A DNA stretch of 64,000 nt from Akkermansia muciniphila (GTDB lineage Bacteria; Verrucomicrobiota; Verrucomicrobiia; Limisphaerales; SXTU01). The position numbers and the translations under genes are program-made. The DNA is taken from contig CAMCFN010000004.1 of assembly GCA_945874145.1 (NCBI GenBank), positions 5,407 through 69,406 of the forward strand, given 5' to 3'. Below the pieces are notes generated by a model. That model saw only the letters and a program-made list of their open reading frames with translations. It did not search any database and was not told the origin of the DNA. This document shows, one piece after another, positions 54,672 through 64,000 of the stretch. Position 1 is the stretch's first letter. Each line of letters starts with the position of its first letter.

Positions 54672-57395
54672 ATGCATCGCTTCAATCTCTCCTGCCCGCC
54701 GCTGCTGCGGACCCTCTCAATCGCTGCACTGGCTTCCACGCTGGTGGGCTCGGCCCCCAGCGCGGCTGCCGAGGACAAGCCCAAGTCATCGCCCACCCCG
54801 GCAGCGAAGGCCGGCGCCTCGCGTGACTGGTGGTCGTTGAAGCCGCTGGTGAAACCGGCCGTTCCTCAAACCGGCAATCCGATCGATGCCTTCATCCGTG
54901 CGAAGCTCGCGGAGAAGCAGCTTCAGCCCGCACCCGAGGCCGAGCCGCGCGTGTTGATCCGGCGACTCTACTTCGACCTCCTCGGCCTGCCACCGAAGCC
55001 CGAAGAGGTTGCGGAGTTCGAACGGGCCTGCTCAATCGGCGACCGGCAATCGGCAACCAGCAGTCTCGTGGACAAGTTGCTCGCCTCGCCGCACTACGGC
55101 GAGCGTTGGGCGCGGCACTGGCTCGACGTGGTTCACTACGGGGACACGCACGGCTACGACAAGGACAAGCCGCGCCCGAACGCCTGGCCTTACCGCGACT
55201 ACGTCATCCGTGCCTTCAACGAGGACCGGCCCTACGCACGGTTCATCCAGGAGCAGGTTGCCGGGGATGTGCTTTTTCCCAGCACGCGGGATGGCATCGA
55301 GGCGCTGGGCTTCATCGCGGCGGGGCCGTGGGACTTCATCGGCCACGCGGAGGTGCCGGAGACCAAGATTGACGGGAAGATCGCGCGCCACCTCGACCGT
55401 GACGACATGGTCGCCAACACCTTGCAGACCTTCAACAGCCTGACCGTCGGCTGCGCGCAGTGCCACGACCACAAGTTTGACCCCATCCCGCAGCGCGATT
55501 ACTACCGGCTGCACGCCGTCTTCGCCGCGCTGGACCGGGCGGACAAAAAGTATTTTACCGACGCGAAGCTCACGGCGCGCTTTGCCGAGCTGGAGCACCG
55601 TCAACGCACGCTGACCGCGCAGCGCACGGCCTTGGAGAACAAGCCGAAGCTCACTGCCGGCAAGGAACTCGAATCGCTCGACCAGCAAATCGAAGCCGCG
55701 AGCAAAGCCAAGGGCGGGCTCCGTCCCGAGTATGGCTACCACAGCGCCGTCTCACCAACGCAGGTCACGACGAAGTGGGTGCAAGTGGATTTGGGCCGCA
55801 GTGTGGCGATTGACCGCGTGGTGTTGCGGCCATGCTACGATGACTTCAACAAGATCGGCGCGGGCTTTGGTTTTCCGGTGCGTTTCAAGGTGGAAGCCAG
55901 CGAGGATGCGCAGTTTAAGTCGGGCGTGGTGGCCATCGCGGACAAGACCGCAGCGGACTTTGCCAATCCCGGCATCGCACCGCAGATCTTCAAGAGCACC
56001 GGTGCGACGGCGCGCTTCCTCCGCGTCACGGTCACCAAGCTCGCACTCCGGCAGAACGACTACATCCTCGCCCTGGCGGAGGTGCAGGTCTTCGACAGCA
56101 CCGGAAACAACGTCGCGCTCAAGGGCGGCGTCACCGCGCTCGACTCGATCGAGGCCGCGCCGCGCTGGCGAAAGGCCAACCTGACGGACGACGTCGCCCC
56201 CGCCGCCGACAACTCCGGCGCACTGGCCGAACTGCGCGCCAAGCGGGAGGCCCTGCTCGCGAAGTTCACGGACGACACGGCCCGTGCCCAACTCGCCGCA
56301 CTGGCGAAGGACATGGAACACGTGGCGGCGGAATTGAAGCAGTTTCCTAAGCCGGATGTGGTGTATGCCGGCACGGTGCATTATGGCGGTGGGGCCTTTT
56401 CCGGCACGGGACCAGCCGGGGGCAAGCCGCGCGTCATCAAGGTGCTGCATCGCGGGGATGTGAAGCAGCCCAAGGACGAGGTCATTCCCGGCGCACCGGG
56501 CTATCTCACAGGCCTGCCCGGCGAGTTCACGCTGCCTGCCGAGCACGCCGAGGGCGAACGCCGCGCCGCGCTGGCCAGGTGGCTTTCCTCAACCGACAAC
56601 TCGCTGACTTGGCGCAGCATCGTGAATCGCGTCTGGCAGTATCACTTCGGTCGCGGCCTGGTGGAGACGCCGAACGACTTCGGCCGCATGGGCGCGCTGC
56701 CGACGCACCCGGAGCTACTTGACTGGCTGGCCGTCGAGTTTCGCGACAACGGCGGCACACTGAAGCAGTTGCACAAGCTCATCGTGTCGAGCACGACGTA
56801 TCGGCAGAGTTCAAGTGTTCAGCGTGCCGCCGCCACTGACTCCGCTAACTCGCTTCTCTGGCGTCAAAACCGCCGTAAGCTCGACGCCGAGGCGGTGCGC
56901 GATGCGACGCTCTTCGTCGCCGGCAAACTGGATCCGAAGCTGGGCGGACCGGCGTTTCAGGACTTCATCGTCGAGAAGCCGGAACACTCGCCGCACTACC
57001 AGTATCATCTGCACGATCCGGAAGATCCGCGTTCGCACCGGCGTTCCGTGTATCGCTTCCTCGTGCGCTCGCAGACGCAGCCGTTCATGACCACGCTCGA
57101 CTGCGCAGACCCTTCGATGCAGGTGGGCAAGCGCAACGAAAGCGTCTCCGCGCTGCAAGCCCTCGCGTTGTTGAACAACGGACTCATGGTCACGATGTCG
57201 AAACACTTTGCTGCGAAGCTCGACGCGGGCGGCGGCGATTTAAATGCCAAAGTGGAACGCGCCTTCCGCGAAGCGCTGTCCCGAGCGCCCTCACCAGAGG
57301 AAAAGGGCGGCCTCACTGCTTACGCCCAGCAGCACGGACTGGCAAATGCCTGCCGCGTGCTTTTCAACCTGAACGAGTTCGCCTTCGTGGATTGA
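54672..57395 (+). CDS. DUF1549/DUF1553 (PSD1-type) protein with central F5/8 type C (discoidin) domain
   Basis: [59 protein letters not shown]. The central KWVQVDLGRSVAIDRVVLRP...ARFLRVTVTKL...LALAEVQVFD is discoidin-like. Confidence 0.85.
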   Translation: MHRFNLSCPPLLRTLSIAALASTLVGSAPSAAAEDKPKSSPTPAAKAGASRDWWSLKPLVKPAVPQTGNPIDAFIRAKLAEKQLQPAPEAEPRVLIRRLYFDLLGLPPKPEEVAEFERACSIGDRQSATSSLVDKLLASPHYGERWARHWLDVVHYGDTHGYDKDKPRPNAWPYRDYVIRAFNEDRPYARFIQEQVAGDVLFPSTRDGIEALGFIAAGPWDFIGHAEVPETKIDGKIARHLDRDDMVANTLQTFNSLTVGCAQCHDHKFDPIPQRDYYRLHAVFAALDRADKKYFTDAKLTARFAELEHRQRTLTAQRTALENKPKLTAGKELESLDQQIEAASKAKGGLRPEYGYHSAVSPTQVTTKWVQVDLGRSVAIDRVVLRPCYDDFNKIGAGFGFPVRFKVEASEDAQFKSGVVAIADKTAADFANPGIAPQIFKSTGATARFLRVTVTKLALRQNDYILALAEVQVFDSTGNNVALKGGVTALDSIEAAPRWRKANLTDDVAPAADNSGALAELRAKREALLAKFTDDTARAQLAALAKDMEHVAAELKQFPKPDVVYAGTVHYGGGAFSGTGPAGGKPRVIKVLHRGDVKQPKDEVIPGAPGYLTGLPGEFTLPAEHAEGERRAALARWLSSTDNSLTWRSIVNRVWQYHFGRGLVETPNDFGRMGALPTHPELLDWLAVEFRDNGGTLKQLHKLIVSSTTYRQSSSVQRAAATDSANSLLWRQNRRKLDAEAVRDATLFVAGKLDPKLGGPAFQDFIVEKPEHSPHYQYHLHDPEDPRSHRRSVYRFLVRSQTQPFMTTLDCADPSMQVGKRNESVSALQALALLNNGLMVTMSKHFAAKLDAGGGDLNAKVERAFREALSRAPSPEEKGGLTAYAQQHGLANACRVLFNLNEFAFVD
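55034..55061 (+). repeat. degenerate heptanucleotide array (AATCGGC GACCGGC AATCGGC AACCAGC) in frame
   Basis: Read directly. Encodes IGDRQSATS at the site homologous to 28991-29022. Confidence 0.5.
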
Positions 57396-57496
57396 TCCGT
57401 CGCGGCTTTCACGCCGCAGAGGGGCAGAAGGAAAATGCGCTGGAAGCTTCCTGAACCGCTCACATTTCTGCGGCCTGAAGGCCGCGCCTCACGCGG

Positions 57497-57883
57497 TTAC
57501 TTGTCCCGAATCTGCAACCGATACGGCGGGGACAGGACGCTGTTGGAGCGCGGGGCGGGGATGGCGTTGTATTCGAAGTCCACCTTTACCCGGTAATCGG
57601 CCACATTGGTGGAGGCGGGCACAGGCAGCAGGGTTTCCCAGCGGTTTTCCAGGCGCGGGGTGCGGCGCATGGGGTAGTTGTTGTCGCCCACCTGAAGGTA
57701 GGGTTTCAGCGTCTCCTTCTTGAGCGCCTGCATGTTGGTGCGAAACTCAACTTCGACCGGGTAGAGCCCCTCGGCGTTGCGCATCTGGGTGCGGGGGGAG
57801 AGCAGGGTGACTGTGGAAGTGGTGCCGCAGCCGGCGAGCAAAACCGCGGCTGCCAGACTGCCAAACTGTAGTGCCTTGCGCAT
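57497..57883 (-). CDS. small lipoprotein (128 aa)
   Basis: ATG 57883 gives MRKALQFGSLAAAVLLAGC with a lipobox LAGC. The track ORF extends to 58048 across the dapL start. Confidence 0.6.
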   Translation of the reverse strand: MRKALQFGSLAAAVLLAGCGTTSTVTLLSPRTQMRNAEGLYPVEVEFRTNMQALKKETLKPYLQVGDNNYPMRRTPRLENRWETLLPVPASTNVADYRVKVDFEYNAIPAPRSNSVLSPPYRLQIRDK

Positions 57884-58028
57884 GAGGCCGGGAGTGTGGC
57901 GGTGCCGTGCGCGCCCGTAAAGCCGGTTTTGCCACTTGCGAAAAACCGCCTCCTCGCTACCGTCTGCCCCCTGAAAATCGCGGCTCGACCGCACGCAATT
58001 TGACCTCAATTTCAACGCCCATTCCATC

Positions 58029-59267
58029 ATGGCTTTTCTAAACGACAACTACCTCAAGCTCAAAGCTGGCTACCTGTTTCCGGAGATCGGACGCCGGGTG
58101 AAAGTCTTCTGCGAAGCCAATCCAGAGGCCGCCAAGCGTCTCATTCGGTGCGGCATCGGCGATGTCACGGAACCGCTTCCGCCAGCGGTGGTGGCGGCGC
58201 TGCACCAAGCCGTGGATGAGATGGGCGCGCGCCCGAGCTTCAAGGGTTACGGGCCGGAACAAGGCTACGACTGGCTGCGCGGGGCCATCGCGAAGCACGA
58301 CTTCCGCGACCGGGGCATCGAGGTGGCCGACGATGAGATTTTCGTCAGCGATGGTTCAAAGTGCGATTGCGGCAACATCCTAGACATTCTGGGCCACGAG
58401 AACCGTTTGGCCATCAGCGACCCGGTGTATCCGGTCTATGTGGACACCAATGTCATGGCTGGCCACACCGGAGCGGCCGACGATTCGGGAGCTTATGCCG
58501 GCATCATTTATCTGCCCTGCACGCCAGCGAACGGCTTCATCCCGGAGCCCCCGAAGGAGCATGTGGACGTCATCTACCTTTGCTCGCCGAACAACCCCAC
58601 CGGCGCCGTGGCGACGCGGGCGCAGCTTGAGGCGTGGGTGAAGTATGCGATCGAACACAAGGCGGTCATCCTATTCGATGCGGCTTACGAGGCTTACATC
58701 AATGATCCCGCCATCCCGCACTCCATCTACGAGATTCCCGGTGCCCGCGAGTGCGCCATCGAGTTCCGCAGCTTTTCGAAGAACGGTGGTTTCACCGGGG
58801 TGCGGTGCGCGTTCATCGTCGTGCCCAAGACGCTCAACGCCCAGACCCAGTCTGGGGAGTCCAAGCCGTTGCATCCGCTGTGGCTGCGCCGGATGACGAC
58901 GAAGTTCAACGGGGTTTCCTACCTCGTGCAGCGGGCGGCCGAGGCACTGTATTCGTCCGCCGGCAAGGCGCAGGTGAAGGCGCTCATCGAGCATTACATG
59001 GGCAATGCGAAGGTGTTGCGCGAAGGGGCGACCAAGGCCGGGCTACAGGTCTTCGGCGGCGTCAACGCCCCCTACATCTGGGTCCGCACCCCGGTCGGCG
59101 TCACGAGTTGGCAGGCTTTCGACAAAATTCTTGGCGACGCCAATGTGGTCATCACGCCCGGCAGCGGCTTTGGCTCGCAGGGCGAGGGTTACTTCCGCAT
59201 CAGCAGCTTCAACAGCCGCGCCAATGCGGAGGAAGTGGCGCGCCGCTTGCAGGAATTGAAGTGGTGA
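58029..59267 (+). CDS. dapL: LL-diaminopimelate aminotransferase
   Basis: [47 protein letters not shown] (PLP lysine region). 412 aa, typical of DapL. Confidence 0.85.
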   Translation: MAFLNDNYLKLKAGYLFPEIGRRVKVFCEANPEAAKRLIRCGIGDVTEPLPPAVVAALHQAVDEMGARPSFKGYGPEQGYDWLRGAIAKHDFRDRGIEVADDEIFVSDGSKCDCGNILDILGHENRLAISDPVYPVYVDTNVMAGHTGAADDSGAYAGIIYLPCTPANGFIPEPPKEHVDVIYLCSPNNPTGAVATRAQLEAWVKYAIEHKAVILFDAAYEAYINDPAIPHSIYEIPGARECAIEFRSFSKNGGFTGVRCAFIVVPKTLNAQTQSGESKPLHPLWLRRMTTKFNGVSYLVQRAAEALYSSAGKAQVKALIEHYMGNAKVLREGATKAGLQVFGGVNAPYIWVRTPVGVTSWQAFDKILGDANVVITPGSGFGSQGEGYFRISSFNSRANAEEVARRLQELKW

Positions 59268-59289
59268 GCGTCCGCCCCGTCGAAGTGCG

Positions 59290-59883
59290 ATGAATTGCTT
59301 GCTCCGCTCGGTCTTGCTGGCCTGCGCCGTCGTTCTGCTGCCTGCGTTTGTTGTGCGCGCCGTGGACGGCGAATTTCAACCGCTGTTCACTGGGAAGGAT
59401 TTCAGCGGCTGGCGTTTCTCCCTGCAAAAGGCCGGGGATCCGTGGCCGGAGAACTGGAAGGTGAAGGACGGCGTGATCTCCCTGCTCGGCGGCATGCGCC
59501 CGCATCTGGTGACCGCGCGCGCGTATTCAGACTTCGAGGTGCGGTTTGAGTGGCGGGCGTTGAAAGATAAATTCAACGGCGGCTTTTACATCCGGTGCAA
59601 GCCGGACGCCGGCAACAACCAGATCCGAATCGACAAGGGGACCGAAGGGGCATTTCTGGTCGGCAAGATCAACGGTGCGGTCGGAGTGCCGACGTTGCAG
59701 AAAGCGATCGGCGAGTGGAATGAGTGGCGCGTGCTGGTGAAGGCCGACAAAGTAAGCCTTTGGTGCAACGGCAAGCTCGCGTGGGAGGGCACGGGGCTGA
59801 CGCCCGAGCGTGGCCACATTGGGCTTCAGGCCGAGGGGGCTCCGCTCGAATTCCGCAATCTACAGGTGCGCGAGCTCAAGTGA
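59290..59883 (+). CDS. DUF1080 (lectin-fold) secreted protein
   Basis: Signal peptide. FQPLFTGKDFSGWRF, WKVKDGVI, DFEVRFEWR, GHIGLQAEGAPLEFRNLQVREL. Confidence 0.8.
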   Translation: MNCLLRSVLLACAVVLLPAFVVRAVDGEFQPLFTGKDFSGWRFSLQKAGDPWPENWKVKDGVISLLGGMRPHLVTARAYSDFEVRFEWRALKDKFNGGFYIRCKPDAGNNQIRIDKGTEGAFLVGKINGAVGVPTLQKAIGEWNEWRVLVKADKVSLWCNGKLAWEGTGLTPERGHIGLQAEGAPLEFRNLQVRELK

Positions 59884-59957
59884 CTGTGGGCGGTTGGAAT
59901 TCGCCGGCCTTGCCGCTACTTCGCCAAACACGCTAGCCTCCCTCGTCACCTCGACTC

Positions 59958-60800
59958 GTGAGCGCGGGAAAAACATACCTCAAGTGCAAGTGCCCCCACT
60001 GCGGGGCGGAGGTTGCCTATCCTGATTATGCCGGTGGGGGGGCGAGCAGTTGTGGCCAGTGTGGTAAAACCGTTTTGCTCCCCAAAGCCGCTGCCCCGCC
60101 TGCCTCGGGGCCGGCCAAACCTGCGCCGGCCAAGACAGTGCCGGCTGCGTCTCCCGCTCCCAGCCCTGCGCCCCAGCCGCCACCTGCTGCCAGCAAGCGT
60201 GTGGCCCCGGCCGCCATCCGCGCGGTGGGGCCAAGTCCGGCGGTGCGCGGAAAGAACCAGTGGCTCCGCCTGTGTTTGTGGACCGTGAACTTTGCGGTCG
60301 TCATCGCGGTCCTCGTGGTGGTGGGCGCTCATGTAAGGCAGCGGGGCGATCAATCGCCCGATGGCTCGGCGCCCAATGAGTCGGAGCCGCCTGCCGCCAA
60401 GAGCGGTCCCCAACCGACCGCCCCAACTGCCAGCCCAGCCTCAGCTCCGGCCGCCAAGACACCTTCAAGCACCGCCCCAACGCCCGCACCGGCACCGGTG
60501 CCAAAGGGGCCCAAGCTCATCGGTGATTTGAAGGTCACTCAAGTCGCCCTCGACCAGCCCAAAGGCGCGAAAGGCAGCCGGCTGGTCTATGTCACCGGCC
60601 TGCTGAAGAACGATTCCGAACAACAGCGTCTCGGCGTCCGGGTCGAACTCGACATGTTGGACGCTTCCGGTGCCAAGGTCGGGACCGCCACGGACTACCG
60701 GCAGACCATCGATCCCAGAGCCACCTGGCAGTTCCGGGCGATCGTCACCGACCGCCGGGCCACGGCCGCCAAACTCGTCAATGTGAAGGAAGATGAGTGA
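59958..60800 (+). CDS. zinc-ribbon / TM / Pro-Ala-rich linker protein with C-terminal beta domain (FxLYD-like, tentative)
   Basis: GTG start. CPHCGAEV...CGQCGKTV, TM LRLCLWTVNFAVVIAVLVVVGA, and a low-complexity PA-rich region. Confidence 0.55.
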   Translation: MSAGKTYLKCKCPHCGAEVAYPDYAGGGASSCGQCGKTVLLPKAAAPPASGPAKPAPAKTVPAASPAPSPAPQPPPAASKRVAPAAIRAVGPSPAVRGKNQWLRLCLWTVNFAVVIAVLVVVGAHVRQRGDQSPDGSAPNESEPPAAKSGPQPTAPTASPASAPAAKTPSSTAPTPAPAPVPKGPKLIGDLKVTQVALDQPKGAKGSRLVYVTGLLKNDSEQQRLGVRVELDMLDASGAKVGTATDYRQTIDPRATWQFRAIVTDRRATAAKLVNVKEDE

Positions 60801-60865
60801 GGCTGCTGAGAGTCTAGTTCAGTAGTTGACGCGCTACTCCGAAGCCGTAGTTTACCGTTAGACTT

Positions 60866-61660
60866 ATGTTTACAGCAACCCGTAGCCATCGCCGCCGTTC
60901 GGCCGCCTTTACCCTCATCGAACTGCTGGTCGTGATCGCCATCATTGCCATCCTCGCGGGCATGTTGCTACCAGCGCTATCGAAGGCCAAGGCCAAGGCC
61001 GGGGCGATCAAATGCACCAACAACGTCAAACAGATTGGCCTCGCCTTCCTGATCTATGCCGACGATCACGACGGCAAGCTGCCGGATCTCTACAACGGTT
61101 ATTGGACGGCGGGCGGCATGATTCCCGCCGGGCAGCAATGGTATTTCCAGACCATGACCAACGGGAATTACATGACCTCCCACACCGTTTCCAACAATGT
61201 CTGGCGGTGTCCCACGGTCAGGGATCAGGACCGATCCACGTTCGCGGGCATTCGCTGGGAAGGCTATGGCCCGCAGGAGGGAAACATCATTCGTTACGCA
61301 ATGAACCCCTCCAATCCGACCCAGGAGCTGCACAGCCGTCGGGTTCAGGAAGTGAGCCGCGCCAGTTCCCTCTGGCTGATCGGAGACGTGGGCTATCCGC
61401 GCCAGAACTCGCTACCACCCTCTGGCGGTTACATGACTGAAATTGTTACGTTTGCCCCCAAAGCCGACGGCCATTTCGGCCAAGGCAATGCGGCTGATCC
61501 CTCTGGTATCAGTAACGGCGGCGTGGCGAAGCAGCCTGCCTGTCGTCACGGCGGCGGCCGTGCCAACATCACCATGGTGGACGGGCATGTGGAATCCCGC
61601 GTTTATCAAGAGATCACCAATAACGTGGGGAACATCTTCGGCGTGGGTGGGGTGCTTTAG
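60866..61660 (+). CDS. prepilin-type N-terminal cleavage/methylation domain protein (DUF1559 / H-X9-DG type)
   Basis: [32 protein letters not shown], and C-terminal [18 protein letters not shown]. Confidence 0.85.
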   Translation: MFTATRSHRRRSAAFTLIELLVVIAIIAILAGMLLPALSKAKAKAGAIKCTNNVKQIGLAFLIYADDHDGKLPDLYNGYWTAGGMIPAGQQWYFQTMTNGNYMTSHTVSNNVWRCPTVRDQDRSTFAGIRWEGYGPQEGNIIRYAMNPSNPTQELHSRRVQEVSRASSLWLIGDVGYPRQNSLPPSGGYMTEIVTFAPKADGHFGQGNAADPSGISNGGVAKQPACRHGGGRANITMVDGHVESRVYQEITNNVGNIFGVGGVL

Positions 61661-62037
61661 CGCGCCCCGCAGGCCGCGCAGCCGTATTCGCCACTGTTCG
61701 CCACCATCAGCGGCGCGCGCCTTTACGGCTTTACCTCGCCGGACTCGGATTTCGACTTGCGCGGCGCGCATGTGCTGCCATTGGCAGGCATCATCGGCTT
61801 GGATGTGCGCGCCGAGACGGTGGGGGATGCGCGCGTCATTGAAGGGTTGGAGATGGACATTGTGAGCCACGACGTGGGCAAGTTCCTGAACTGCTGCTCA
61901 AAAAGAACTGTTGCGTGCTGGAGCAAGTGTGCTCGCCGCTCATCGTCCACACGACGCCAGAGCACTCGGAGTTGAAAGCCATCGCGCCCGGCTGCATCAC
62001 GAAGCATCACTCCCAGATGTTAGCCAGCCAGATTTGA
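61661..62037 (+). pseudogene. decayed nucleotidyltransferase (PF10127/RlaP-like): 5'-truncated, frameshifted, 3'-truncated
   Basis: Frame 1 reads ...PLFATISGARLYGFTSPDSDFDLRGAHVLP...DIVSHDVGKFL with no start codon after the upstream TAG. After a -1 shift at about 61888 it continues ELLLKKNCCVLEQVCSPLIVHTTPEHSELKAIAPGCITKHH and then stops. Restoring one G in CTG(G)AA rejoins the frames. Confidence 0.6.
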
Positions 62038-62454
62038 ATAGCGGACCGTGACCGCCCTGCCAAAACCGGCCATGTCTGCCAAGCGCTGCTGGCCATTGGT
62101 GGGCGAGCGCGCACCTGTAGCCGCGCTCTTGTCATGGGGTTCGGTGGCGGCCGGGCACTCCCGTCTGAAGCTGTGGCGTTGAGGGGCAATTGGGTTCGTT
62201 TCCTGCCAGGTCCGAACTTGCCGGAGCGAGCAATTCAGGCCCAAGCTATTGTTATCCAAGGCTTTTGGGATTTGGGATGAGCCCTTGGAGCCGGACGATG
62301 AATTGGGCTAAACTCTGCGGCTTTGACGCGACATAGCGGCTCAGTTGTGACTTCCACGGCGCGCTCTGCATGTGTGCTCCGGTGCAAGGCAGGCTCATTA
62401 TCGGCCAATTCTCATGCTTCTGCTATTGGCACTGCGAGTGCAGGGTAATCTAGC

Positions 62455-64000
62455 ATGAACATGGACCGTTTCACCACCAAGGCGCAGCAGGCGCTCCAGG
62501 ACGCGCAGCGCCTCGCCCACGGCTACAGCCATCAGGAACTTGACGGCGAGCACTTGCTCCTCGCGCTCATCGAGCAGCCGGAGAGCCTCGTGCCGCTCGT
62601 GGTTCAGAAGCTCGGCGTCGCGGTGCCCGCGCTGAAGGCGGACTTGGAAAAGGAGCTGACGCGCCGGCACAAAGTGGAGGGCACCAGCTCCAGCGACGTT
62701 TACCTCGGGCAGAACCTGAAGAAGACCTTCGACGCCGCCGAGGCCGAGGCGCGCAAGTTGAAGGACGAATTCTTCTCCACCGAACACCTGCTCCTCGGCC
62801 TGCTCGCGGAAGGCGGTGAGCCGCTCAAGAAGTTGTTCAAGGCCCACAAGCTCACGCGCGACGCGGTGCTCAAGGCGCTCGCCGACTTGCGCGGCAACCA
62901 GCGCGTGACGGACCAGAACCCGGAGGAGAAATTCCAGACGCTCGAGAAATACGGCAAGGACCTCACCGCCCTCGCGCGCCAGGGGAAGATTGACCCGGTC
63001 ATCGGACGCGATGACGAAATCCGCCGCGTGATGCAGGTGCTCACCCGCCGCACGAAGAACAACCCCGTGCTCATCGGCGAGCCGGGCGTGGGCAAAACCG
63101 CCATCGTCGAGGGCCTCGCCAAGCGCATCGTGGACGGCGACGTGCCGGAGTCGCTCAAGAACAAGCGCGTCGTGGCAATGGACCTTTCGGCGATGGTCGC
63201 GGGCGCGAAATTTCGCGGCGAGTTCGAGGAGCGGCTCAAAGCGTTTCTGAAAGAAGTCACTTCCGCCGAGGGCCGCATCATTCTCTTCATTGACGAGCTG
63301 CACACCATCGTCGGCGCGGGCAAGGCCGAGGGTTCCGCTGACGCCGCGAACATGCTCAAGCCCCAGCTCGCGCGTGGCGAACTTCGTTGCGTCGGCGCGA
63401 CCACGCTCGACGAGTATCGCAAGCACATCGAGAAAGACCCGGCGCTGGAGCGGCGTTTCCAGCCGGTGTTTGTCGCCGAGCCGAGTGTCGAGAACACCAT
63501 CGCGATTCTGCGCGGGCTGAAGGAGCGCTACGAAGTCCACCACGGGGTGCGCATTCAAGACACGGCGCTCGTGGCGGCGGCGACCTTAAGCCATCGCTAC
63601 ATCGCGGACCGTTTCCTGCCGGACAAGGCCGTGGACCTCGTGGATGAATCGGCGTCACGGCTTAAGATGGAGTTGGACTCGAAGCCCACGGACATTGACA
63701 AGCTCGACCGTGCGATTCTCCAACTCGAAATCGAGCGCACGTCACTCGCGAAGGAGAAGGACGACGCCAGCAAACAGCGGCTCAAGAAACTTGAGGTCGA
63801 GCTGGCGAACCTCAAGGAGCGCTCCGGCGCGCTCACCGCGCAGTGGCAGAACGAGAAGGCCTCCACCAACGCCGTGAGCGTGATTCAGTCGCAGATTGAC
63901 GCCGCGAAGACGGAGCTGGAGCAGGCGCAGCGCAAAGGTAACTTGCAGAAGTCGGCGGAAATCCAATACGGCAAGCTGCCGGAGCTGGAGAAGAAGCTCG
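62455..64000 (+). CDS. clpB: ATP-dependent chaperone ClpB (N-terminal ~515 codons; continues beyond the window)
   Basis: [18 protein letters not shown]..., Walker [31 protein letters not shown], the RFQPVFV sensor, then the coiled-coil M-domain. Absent from the ORF track because there is no stop in the window. Confidence 0.95.
   Translation, partial: MNMDRFTTKAQQALQDAQRLAHGYSHQELDGEHLLLALIEQPESLVPLVVQKLGVAVPALKADLEKELTRRHKVEGTSSSDVYLGQNLKKTFDAAEAEARKLKDEFFSTEHLLLGLLAEGGEPLKKLFKAHKLTRDAVLKALADLRGNQRVTDQNPEEKFQTLEKYGKDLTALARQGKIDPVIGRDDEIRRVMQVLTRRTKNNPVLIGEPGVGKTAIVEGLAKRIVDGDVPESLKNKRVVAMDLSAMVAGAKFRGEFEERLKAFLKEVTSAEGRIILFIDELHTIVGAGKAEGSADAANMLKPQLARGELRCVGATTLDEYRKHIEKDPALERRFQPVFVAEPSVENTIAILRGLKERYEVHHGVRIQDTALVAAATLSHRYIADRFLPDKAVDLVDESASRLKMELDSKPTDIDKLDRAILQLEIERTSLAKEKDDASKQRLKKLEVELANLKERSGALTAQWQNEKASTNAVSVIQSQIDAAKTELEQAQRKGNLQKSAEIQYGKLPELEKKL

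Noticed and set aside
57470-57485. GCGGCC-TGAA-GGCCGC hairpin between convergent genes as an intrinsic terminator
   Set aside because: The stem is only 6 bp and no U-tract follows on either strand. The structure is noted, but terminator function is unsupported.
60826-60853. TTGACG-N16-TAGTTT promoter-like motif before the DUF1559 gene
   Set aside because: The -10 is weak (3/6 match). There is no independent support, and promoter consensus in this phylum is uncertain.
62427-62442. Sigma54-like TGGCAC-N5-GTGCA just upstream of clpB
   Set aside because: The -12 element has a mismatch (GTGC vs TTGC). The implied TSS would fall within about 3 nt of the ATG. There is no enhancer-binding protein nearby, and clpB is not classically sigma54-dependent. 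It is likely chance.

Overview
High-GC segment (most genes roughly 63-70% GC by eye). Its gene content is typical of the PVC superphylum (Verrucomicrobiota/Planctomycetota). All domain calls were made by eye from remembered family motifs; no searches were run.

Gene content:
- Five large DUF1549/DUF1553 (PSD1-type) proteins and five Tat-leader DUF1501 proteins.
- One DUF1592/DUF1552 pair.
- Three Cys-type sulfatases, a BNR sialidase, a sialidase-like/SGNH fusion, two beta-helix proteins, a second SGNH esterase and two DUF1080 proteins.
- A prepilin-type DUF1559 protein and a GntR regulator.
- Housekeeping genes: apbC/mrp, ppgK, dapL, a XerC/D-type recombinase, and clpB cut by the window end.
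- Two type II toxin-antitoxin loci.
- No rRNA, tRNA or CRISPR array was seen.

Observations most worth follow-up:
1. An ordered triad DUF1549/1553 - DUF1501 - WD40 occurs twice, using a distinct paralog subfamily each time.
2. One DUF1549/1553 + DUF1501 pair is split open by a sulfatase / DUF4838-like / sulfatase insert inside a tightly coupled operon. The large paralogs also carry different carbohydrate-binding-like central modules.
3. A PIN/RHH cassette is bracketed by a duplicated 3' terminus of a DUF1553 gene, which looks like an att-type integration scar.
4. Heptanucleotide-unit arrays and palindromic elements are embedded in frame inside coding regions, at the same variable linkers in several paralogs. 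A 208-bp MITE-like nested palindrome lies in an intergenic region.
5. An FGE/SUMF1-like protein lacks the catalytic cysteine pair. It is translationally coupled to a small membrane coiled-coil protein and sits next to sulfatases.

The very long antisense ORFs in the track are treated as GC-driven artefacts.
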